DNA from: Callorhinchus milii
Lineage: Eukaryota
Assembly (NCBI RefSeq): GCF_018977255.1
Contig: NW_024704743.1
Location: 33,296,001-33,360,000 of the forward strand
Reading direction: 5' to 3'
DNA: 64,000 nucleotides
In this document: positions 47,151 through 57,600 of the stretch, piece by piece
How positions within the stretch are numbered: position 1 is the stretch's first letter
How the letters are laid out: each line of letters opens with the position of its first letter
Notes under the pieces: model-generated
Database searches by the model: none
What the model was told of the DNA's origin: nothing
What the model saw: the letters and a program-made list of their open reading frames with translations, nothing else
Translations under genes and position numbers: made by a program

Positions 47151-50100
47151 GACAGTTGCTCACTGAAGTGCAGTCATTGGGGGCTACTCTGCTCCATTCA
47201 CTAAATATAGCAAATCCATTGAAGTGCGTGATGCAAGCCATCGCTGTTTGCTAAAGTCAGAGAATTTGATGCTGTTCTCGTCTAAGCAACTGTAACGTGC
47301 GTTACATTTACAATATCATGTTATATAATTATTTAAAATAACATTAGTTATTTTCAAACGCACGACAACAAAACCCTAACCCACCCTTACCTCCACCTTG
47401 CTGTTGTCAGTGGATTTCTCTCTGTCATTTGTACATGTATCAATGCTGAAACAAGTCTGAAGTGAATTCCCAGGATTTTCAGTTCAGGGCTGTGTTGTAA
47501 AGTGTGACTGATAAAAAATGCCGTGAGATTGGGGTTGGAAATGCAATACTCAACAAACCAAACTGCAGTCGCTCCATTGATGTCGAATTTCCGGTTCGCG
47601 AAATAAATTAATGGAATTCTTGTGAAATTGAAAAAAAATTGAGAAAAAAACAATTCCGATTGCAAAGGCTGGCCAACGATTTTTCGGACCCACCTTTTCT
47701 CTGACTTTTCGGGCCCGTTTCTCAACTGAGAAATATTCTACTGGCCACGATTGTGGCCACTGGTTTGCAAATGCAGCAGTTCTGACAGCAAGAAACAACA
47801 TTTCTAAGCAAAGTGTCCGTTCAATATTCCTGAACACCAAAGGCAATGACCGAAGTTGCCTCTCTGTAACTCACATTGAAAAGTACTATTGTGTCGAGAC
47901 TGTTTGTGGGACACTGCTGTGCACGACTGGCTGCTGCATTTCGCCCATAATATACACAGTCAATTCACTTTACAGTTTATTGATCACTTTGAGACATCTC
48001 AACGGTGTGATAAGATGCTGTATCAAATGCAAGGGTTATTATTATTGTAAGTCAAAATCACAGAAAGAAAATCATCATGACTTGTGAGACAGGCGATAAT
48101 CCTGTCACATTTCAAGCTCTCAAATATTGGTGATATTTTTCCTTTCAAAACTCTTAGCTTACATTTGAACGATTATGTTATTAAACTATTGTCGAAATCG
48201 CCATCAATAGTTGAATAATTCAGACATTGTGTCTCTCTCAATGGCTCAATCTGTTTATTCAATCAGTTGCTGAGCTCTACGAGCAACAAGGTACCAGGTT
48301 CAATCCCTGGTCTGTGTTGAAAGTTGCTGATCTAGGTCTGACTGCCACTGGAGAAGCTACAAGGCTCCAGTACCTGTGTGAGGGAGGGGAAATCAGCCAG
48401 GGTTCCTATTCCTGATCACATTATTTATTTATTTGATCAGCTATGTATCAGATACACTGAGAAACCTTGCTTAAGAGTATTCAAACTAAATTACTGCGAG
48501 TTCCACAAATGCATGAAAATTTCCATTTGTCTGGAATTGGAATGTGCACCCTCTCACAGAGGGATGCACCCTGTCTACCTAATCCTGGAAAATATTAAGT
48601 ACAGATTGGCAAGAGCCAAGGCTAAGGGACTCCAGGGTGTTCATTGGGGTCCTGCTGGAGTTTAACCAGTTAAAACCATGCAACTTCACATTGCAAGATT
48701 CCTACTGTTTGTGCAACTAGAATCACCTACCCCTTAGGGTTTTGGATTAACATGAGTCCAGTGGGAAGAATCCCTATTCCTAGTGACTACTGATCATAAT
48801 TCAGCAGAGCCAGTACAGACACGATGGCCGAATGACCTTCTTCTACGCTGTAAATTTCTATAGTTCTATGGTTCTAAGTGAATAATGATCACTTAGGTGA
48901 TGTACTGCTGGGTGACTATATTCCAAGTGGAAGAAAGAAGGAATACAATGGTGCAGAGAGAGGAGGGGAGATAAAAAAAAATCTGCAATTGTCTTCACAA
49001 TATTGAATTGTCCAACTTTAGCATTTTCAATGTACGACCTGATCTTGTGGTTTGATAAAATACATCAGACCACATTCTGCCAATTCTTCAGCCCCCTTCA
49101 GATACAGAAACCCATTCTGAAAAGGGGAAGGGTGCATTCCCATTCTAAACCTATGAAAACTCAACAGCGATTAAGAAGTTTCAAGGATAAATATTTCAGC
49201 AAAAAGGAGTAACACAGTATTCGGTGAGCTGCTGTGACTGAAAGCACACTGTGACAGAGGCAATGTGGGGACAGGAGCTATCAAAACAATCCTAGAGAGA
49301 TATGAGACAGCGATTAAACTGGCCAGACAGCAGACAGATAATGACATTGGGATTTGACGTATACACTGCCTATAGGCAGTCCACCTCCAAAACACTGTAC
49401 CACAAGTGAAGACACTGGGGAGACACAGTTACTGAAGGGACATTTATCAATCAGAAGAAAGCTGCTCCAGACTACTCGGAATTGAAAAGAGCAGGAAAGG
49501 GAAAAGTCCCGTCAAACAGGCGCCCGGTGTCTGCATCTGCCTTGTTAGAGCCAGTACCGAAAGAGGAGTGTGCAGAACGGAATACATTATCAGCTGTTTT
49601 ATCCACAGTGTCTGACAGCCTGTGAAATAATGGTGGCTGCTGCGGTTCAGCGAATAATGCAAAGCAAACTGAAAATCAAGTGGACCATCCATTTGAATAA
49701 ACATAAGCCTTTAAAGGGAGGAGTGACGAGAGTTCAGGTGACAGCTTGTACAGGATTACATGTTAGTCAGGATGCGGTCTGAGCTACAGCCCCAGATTAA
49801 CACAGCTGCCTGGCACACCCGGGTAGCAAATGTACAAGGATTCAGAATATAATGATTGCAACTCACAAAATGCCTCGGCTGCCACTTTTGCTGGAAAAGA
49901 AAGGAGTACATTGTATCCATCAGGCCACAGAGACCCATCAGCTGATCAGCAGCCATAGGAAATTCGAGGCAAAGTGGAACAGCTTTCATGAATTCGGGTT
50001 CCTGTATTTAGCCTGGCTGGTAAACAAGCTTAAGTGTTCTTTATGTTGCCTTCCACATAAATCTCATTACAATGACTAAAAGCACTGAATCAATTTGTCC

Positions 50101-50947
50101 TGTCATAGATAGGCTTGCTAGGTTTGGCTGACCCAAGACACGCACAAGCCTGTTCCTCATAGAAAGATTTTTGTGGGGAGTTTTTGTGTGGGATGGGGGG
50201 AGGGTGGGTTTTGGTTAACTAAATGGTAACTAAACAAAGTGTGTGACATTTGTTAATGGTCAATTTTGACCCCTCAGCCCCCCTCCACCACCCTCTCCCA
50301 CACGCAGCCCCTCTCCCTCACCCTCCTTCCACCCTCTCTCTCTCCCTCACTCCCTCTCCCCCCAACAAGATAAACAGTCTTAACCATTTCAAGGACAAAG
50401 GGAATCAAAGACTTATCTTCATGCTGAGGACCAGAATTTACATATCGAAAGACAGGACAGTGCAGAGAACCCAGATTACAGCAGTGAAGCCCTTTAATGG
50501 CTCGCCAGATGCCCCTCACTGGGCAGGAATGAAAAGCTGGCAGAGAAATGAGCTGGAGGTTATTGAAGCTTTTCGGAATAACTGCTGTCACCCAGCACAC
50601 TGCGAATGTCAAGTGCGGTATTTATATGGAATGATGTCCTGTTCTCAGCAGCATCTGTAGATGCAGTGTCGTATTCTGCAAAACAATAACTTGCATTTAT
50701 ATAGCACCCTTCACACAAGATAGTGTGTCAGAGTGTTTAACATTGGTGGAGCTTGACACCGAGCTGGGGGGAGTGGGGAGGTGACCATAGGCATGGTCAA
50801 AGAGGAAGGTCTTCAGGTGTGTTCAGAATTTGGGCAAGGAGAGGCAATGCGGAGGGATTGAGGCAGAGAGTTACACAGTCTCAATGGCTGAAAGAATGGC
50901 AGCCAATGGTGGAGCAGAAGGGATGAGGGACGAAGGGAGCGGGTAGA

Positions 50948-51298
50948 TAATAATAATTTGATATAGCGCCTTATCACATCTTCAAGACATCTCAAAGCGC
51001 TTCACAGAATATATTGTAAAGTGAATTCACTGTATATTCTGTGAACCAAACGCGGCAGCCAATTACACACAGCAGTGTCCCACAAACTGTCGTGGATTGA
51101 AGTGACCGATTTTTTTTTGAAGGAATGATTACCCCCGGCAAAGCAATCCGCCAATCAACTAACAACCGGGTTCCTACTTACTGTTAGGTAAACAGAGGCG
51201 TGAGAGGTAAGAAAACTTGCCCAATGTTTCGCCCTACCCGGGATTCAAACTCAGGTCTCCCGCTTGCGAGGTGATTGTTTTAACCACTGAGGTACAGC
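50948..51298 (-). mobile_element. tRNA-SINE, long subfamily, nested in L2
   Basis: Reverse complement of the 28226-28607 family. Confidence 0.85.
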
Positions 51299-51360
51299 TA
51301 AATGAGTGATGTGTGAGCAGGTTGGAGAAGTAGGGAGATGCCAAGGTATGAAATGATTTG

Positions 51361-51673
51361 TAATAATAATAATCCTTGCATTTGATATAGCACTTTTCAC
51401 GTCTTCTAGATGTCTCAAAGCGCTTCACATAATATACTGTAAAGTGAATTGACTGCATATTTGTGGGCGAAACGCGGCAGCCAATTGCGCACAGCAGTGT
51501 CCCACAAACTGACCAATTGAAAATGACCAATTTATTATTGTTTTGTTTTGGAGGGATTATTATTAGGCGTGTGGAGTAAGGAAACTTGCCCAAGGTTTCG
51601 CCCTGCCTGGAATTGAACCCACGTCTTTCGCTTGCAAGGCGAGTGCTCTAACCACTGAGCTACAGGACTCCAC
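51361..51673 (-). mobile_element. tRNA-SINE, short subfamily, with 8-bp TSD, nested in L2
   Basis: GATTTGTA at 51355-51362 and 51674-51681. Confidence 0.9.
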
Positions 51674-52254
51674 GATTTGTAGGTGAATGTGTGGATCTTG
51701 AAGATGATCCGTTCTGCAAAACCACCTCTGATGAGAGGTTAATCAGGATCTGAGGCCCAATGTTACCTGAGGCCCTGCACTTCTCTGAAATCGGCCACCA
51801 TCGGCCTCGTCCCCCGGACTACTCATTACCCACTACCCACGTCTCAATGGTGCTGGAGTCAAAGGCACCGCTTCTCTCCCTGTCTTGAGCCCAGAACTCT
51901 GATTATTCACCTTCTGAGAGGATGATTTTTTGCACCTTATTGCTTTGAAATGTGTTTCATGCCACTTTAAAACTGCTGACAGGAGCCACTGGGAGCTCGC
52001 ACTCCATGGCCACCACACTTCTGAGGGCGCTGGTAGTGAAATGAAGCGTCAGGCATGTGTGAATGTTTGATCTGACTGAGGAAATGTCAGGTGACATGTG
52101 ACGTCCTGGCGCATGTACAGAACCGTTAGATGTTTATTTTCCCAAACACTGCTGGCGTTTTAACAGGGATGGAAGCCGAGAGGTCAATACAATAGCAAAT
52201 ATAAACACTTCTTGTAGTTGCCTACAATATCGAAACATCTCCAAGCGCTTTACA

Positions 52255-52966
52255 GGGTACAGATGGGGTGAGGGACATGAAGCAGGCAATGTTTAGCTGA
52301 GTGGATGGAACAGCTGGGGTGGTGGAGCTGTGGGAGGTCACAGAGATAGGATGGGGTGAGGCCCATGGCAAGATTTGAACATGAGGATGAGGATCTTGAC
52401 TAGGTAGAATCGTCCAAAACATACAACAACAACAACAACTTGGATTTATATAGCACTCTGCACGCCGGATGACGTCTCAGAGCACTTCACAGTAACGCAT
52501 CCCGGGTCTGGCCTCCTCCTGTCCCCCGAGTCCTCCGCTCCACCCTCGGCGGCCGTGCCTTCAGCCACTATGCCCTGAGGCTCTGGAACTCCCTTCCTCA
52601 CGCCCTTCACCTTGCTCCCTCCCTTCCTATTTTCAGGTCTCTGCTGAAGACCTTTCTTTTCAACCGAGCCTTTGGTCACCTTCCCCCCCCTCCCCCTGGC
52701 TTGGCTCCGGGATCCGTTATTGTAAAGCGCTCTGAGACGCCTTCCGGCGTGGAGGGTGCTATATAAATCCAAGTTGTTGCTGTTGTTGTTGTTGTTGTAT
52801 GTTTTGAACGATTCTACCAAGTCAAGATCCTCATCCTCATGTTCAAATCTTGCCATGGGCCTCACCCCATCCTATTTCTGTGACTTCTCACAGCTCCACC
52901 ATTCCAGCTGTTCCATCTACTCAGCTAACCATTGCCTGCTTCATGTCCCTCACCCCATTTGTACCC
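52255..52966. repeat. Inverted duplication: arms 52255-52505 and 52707-52966 with an L2-derived spacer
   Basis: Arms are reverse complements along their whole length with scattered mismatches. Confidence 0.92.
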
Positions 52967-53321
52967 GATCAGCGAGGTCTGCTAGGAGAAATGTTGCCAA
53001 AAGCACAGTTGAATAGATAGGATTTAAGGTGAAGAGGGAGGGGGCGAGACAGAGGGACTAAGGGGTGGATTTTCTGAGAGCGAGGGCAGAGTGGCTGATG
53101 GTGGGGCGGAGTGAGCAGGAGATCTGAAGTAGGCCAGTGTTTTAGTTCTCATCCCAATATGTAGAGGGATAGGCTGGCTGGCATTGTCTAGTTCCACGCT
53201 TTTTTGTGTGCTAATGACATTGAGCAAATTGAGCTGGTATTAGACACAGTCCTGATGATGGTTTCTTCCTATATTTAGAATCCACCCTCTCAACCCATTT
53301 AATTCAGCATGTCTACTTCAC

Positions 53322-54636
53322 ATGTATTCGATACGGTCGACCACACTATCCTACTCCACCGCTTGTCCTCCCACCTCAACTTTCAAGGCACTGTCCTTGA
53401 ATGGTTTAGGTCGTACCTTTCTCACCGTCTTCACTTCGTCTCAACGAATGGCTTCTCCTCCACCCCCCGTACTGTCTCATGTGGTGTCCCTCAGGGCTCT
53501 GTCCTCGGTCCCCTCCTCTTCACCCTCTATATGCTCCCCCTTGGTGACATCATCCGCAAACATGGGGTTAACTTCCACATGTATGCGGATGACACCCAAC
53601 TCTACCTTTCCTCCTCTACTCTCAACTCCACGACCACCGATGTCCTGACAGCCTGCCTGTCCGACATCGAGTCCTGGACGAGAGACAACTTTCTTCAGCT
53701 CAACGTGCAAAAAACCGAGGCCCTCCTGATTGGCTCACGTCAGCGCCTCCGCACCTCAGGCGCTGACACCATCAGCATCCAAGGCTGCACTCTCCACCTC
53801 TCAAAGCCAGTCAGGAACCTCGGCGTTTTGTTCGACCCTGAGCTGTCCTTTCTCCCTCACATCCGCACCACAACTGGCACCGCCTTCCATCACCTCCGGA
53901 ATATCGCCAGATTACGGCACTACCTCACCCCTCACGCTGCTGAAACCCTGGTTCACGCCTTTGTCACCTCAAGGCTGGACTATGGGAACTCTCTCCTCGC
54001 CGGCCTTCCCGCCACCTCCCTCCACAAGCTGCAGGTCATTCAGAACTCTGCAGCTCGTGTACTGTCCCGCACCAGGCTTCGGGACCACATCACTCCCACC
54101 CTCGCTCGCCTCCACTGGCTCCCCATCCCCCAGAGGATTGATTTCAAGATCCTCATCCTCACCTACAAGGCCATTCACGGCCTTGCTCCCTCCTACCTCT
54201 CCAACCTACTATCCCCTACCTACCTGCCCGTACCCTCCGTTCCTCTGGCTCCGGTCTGCTCCACGTCCCCCGCCCCAACCGCCCTACTATCGGTGGTCGG
54301 GCCTTCAGCCTCTCAGCCCCGAGGCTCTGGAACTCCATCCCCCAGTGCCTTCGCCTTGCTTCCTCCCTTTCCTCCTTCAAGGCCGGTCTCAAAACCTTTC
54401 TCTTTGACCGTGCCTTTAGCTCCCCTCTCGACTCTCTTCCTCCTCCTCGCTCCCTCCCTTCCCTCCCCTCACCCTGACCATTTCCCCCTCCTCTCTCCCT
54501 CCCTTCCCTCCCCTCACCCTGACCATTTCCCCCCTGCTCGGGTCATGACCCAACTGTGCAGCGCCTTGGGACGTCCTCCTGACGTGAAAGGCGCTCTATA
54601 AATGGAATCTTGTTGTTGTTGTTGTTGTATGTATTC
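53322..54636 (+). mobile_element. Young 5'-truncated L2 LINE (RT domain to 3' end) with 8-bp TSD
   Basis: FDTVDH...[13 protein letters not shown]...YADDTQLY...[11 protein letters not shown]; one frameshift near 54210; (TTG)n tail; ATGTATTC at 53322-53329 and 54629-54636. Confidence 0.96.
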
Positions 54637-57600
54637 CAACAGCAGGATTAGCTGGACGATCCTATTTGATGGGGGAGTTATTAACTAATTATCATTCTAA
54701 CTTCCCATCATTTAATGGGTGTAAACAGTATTCACACCCCTTGGCAGGCGTATCATTTTTGTAGGATCTGAATGTAAAGCGTATTGTAGATTCAGTCAAA
54801 ACAGAAAGCCATCAAATGACAACAAATGTCCCAAACAAACTGCCAGATTTTAACTGTGCCATTCGTTTAATTAATACCATATTCACAATAATAATAGTAA
54901 TGTGTATTAACCCTTGACTTGACGGGAGATCTGCAGAAATCATCAAACACTCTGCCCTCGCTCTCAAATATCCAATTTACAGCCTGAGGTATGTTTTACA
55001 CAACAGACTGCCATTTGCAATGCTATTTTCCTAACTATTGCTTTTTACAAGGAAACATATAAGAGCCTGTTCTGCCATTCTACAAGATGAAGGCTTTTTA
55101 ATCCCTTGTTTAATTTGTGACAACAACTTGCATTGATATAGTGCGCTTCAAGTAGGATAATATCTCAGATTACTTCACAAAGTTCAGGTTGGACGCTGAG
55201 CAAGGGAGAAGGGGACCATAGCCACAGTCGAAGAGACAGTAATTTCAGTTGAAAAATTTTGCTTTAAATCCTGTTCATTATTTACATGAAATAACTCCTA
55301 TTAAATTATCCCCAGATGTTAATACGTTAACATTAAAAATAATCTGTGTGTATTTTTAATAATGTTGGACAATTTTAACACATTAATGGGTTCATATGTT
55401 CTAAATGAAATATAGGAATAGGAGTAGGCCATTTAGCCCCTGGGATGCTGGGTTGCTGCTCCTTTTGATGGGTGCTATTTAAATGCCAGTTGTTGTCGCT
55501 AACTGGGTGTGAGTGTGATGGAGTTCTTCACTATGCCACTAGATGGAGCCCTGTACAAATTGAAGTTGGGGAAGCGAGATAAATGTAAATAAATGTATTA
55601 TTTACATTTAAAATGTAAATAATAATCCCTGTATTCGATACGTTGCTTCATCGCGTTATCAACACATCTTAAAACCTTCAGAGGATTTATTGTAAATTAC
55701 TGTACATGGTTTGTCATGAATCTGAATCGTGTTCCCTCTGATCTTATGCAACAGTGAAGTGGTGGAACATACATATTGATGGAAATTATTTAACAGTGTC
55801 AATTTCCAGCAGATCTGTAGGTTTCTATTTGTAAGTAAGGTTGTTATCTCCTTCAGTCTGTCACAAATTTAGCTGCTATATCTAGGTTGGCAATACATGG
55901 ACATCCATAATAAAACTTTGAGGCTTGCATACTGATAGTCACATACAGAGACTATAAACAAAATACTTTGAGGGATACATTCATATGATATTATATTGAG
56001 GTCAGTCAGCCTATAAGGGAAACTTCATCATAAGTTCCTGAATGATTTGTTACTTGCCTACTCTCTGATGGATCTCCTAATATTTGCACTCCTGCTGAAG
56101 GTGACTGCTAAAATTTAAGAAAGTCCGCAATATTGAGCAGCGTTTGCAAGGTGTTATGTATTGCTGTATAATTCTATGATTCTATAAAATTATTTTATTG
56201 ATATTGAATTGCCATTGATGGTTGCATGACCACAATAGCTCACCTTGACTGAGTTGGTTGTTATTTAGGCACGTTATGTTCTATAGAACCGCTTTACCTT
56301 GCAACACCCTTTCAACATTTAAATCAAAGAATAAAATGCGCCGACAGGGGAGGACAGGAGAAGAGGACAGATATTTTGTGGTCAGTAAATGACTAATCTT
56401 TGCACTTAGAATGGGATTTCCCATCCTTGCATTTGGAATAATGCCTTTCACCTCGGAAAGCGCTTCACAGAATATATGGCAAAGTGTAGTCACTGTCTAT
56501 TTTGTAGGTGAACGTGGCAGCCATTTTGCACATAGCAATGTCTCACAAACAAGCTGTGAAGTGAATGACCAAATCTATTTGGAAGAATGTTGATCAGGAG
56601 ACCATCATTGCTTTTGGATGTCCTCCTGACATGAAAGGCAGGCACTATATCAATGTAAATTTGTATTGTATTGTATCTTCATTCTCTCTTTGAGTAGTAA
56701 TATTAATCCTTGCATTTGCATAGTGCCATGGGATATTTAACGTTCACCAGAACAGACAGATGGGACCTCGGTTTAGGAGGTAGCTCCAACAATGCAGCAC
56801 ACCCCCATCACCATATTGGAGTGCCACCTGTAAATGAGTTAGTACACAATCTTACCATCTCCCACTTACTGGACCTCAGTTCAGTACTGACTACAGCATA
56901 CAGTTCTATATGGGGTTTGCTAAGGCCCTGGAGACAACTCCCAGTGAGCTGCAGTGTGAAGAACAGATAGATAATCTAGGCTTGTCACCAATGAACAGCT
57001 ATTTTAGATGCTTAATGGGATCAAATAAAGCCAGAATAATACTTTCAGATTTGCCAAGGACAAGTGGGCACAGGATCAGAGCTGTGAAGGGTAATTTCAG
57101 AATAGACACCAGAAAGTATTTCTTCACACTGAGGATAATCAACAGATGCAGTGAGTACCAGGAAGGGTGGTAAAGGTCAGTCGACAGGACTCATTTAACA
57201 AAAGAGCTTGATAAATGTAAAGGGTAAATGGAAGGGATTGGTATTCCAAGGAAGGAGATGAAATAGTATGACGGACTTTATTTATCAAACCTTTCTGTAT
57301 CAATAGGGACTGTAAGTTGCTGCTATGCCCTGCACTCTCACTGATTTAGACTGATTCACTGATTTTGTAAATGGGGTCACCTACAAAAACACAGTCACTA
57401 CACTCTACATTATTTCCTGTGAATCGCTTGGATTCTCCCGATGTGAAAGGCGCTATATTAAATGTAAGGATTATTATTGTATTATCTGGAAAGTCTGTAA
57501 ATTTGGCATACTTTTCTCCTCTGGATCCTCCTAAATATATAGAAAATGGCTTGTCACTGATCAGGGGAATTATAAAATCAGTCCTTTAATTTAATAATTG

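Noticed and set aside
12456..51593. Recurrent short ORFs ending [11 protein letters not shown] or starting [10 protein letters not shown] as a peptide family
   Set aside because: They are translations of the non-coding SINE body and (TAT)n tail.
53309..54601. 430-aa ORF as a host gene, retron or other novel RT system
   Set aside because: It is a 5'-truncated L2 ORF2 with a TSD and (TTG)n tail; the start comes from flanking DNA and the C-terminus is frameshifted.
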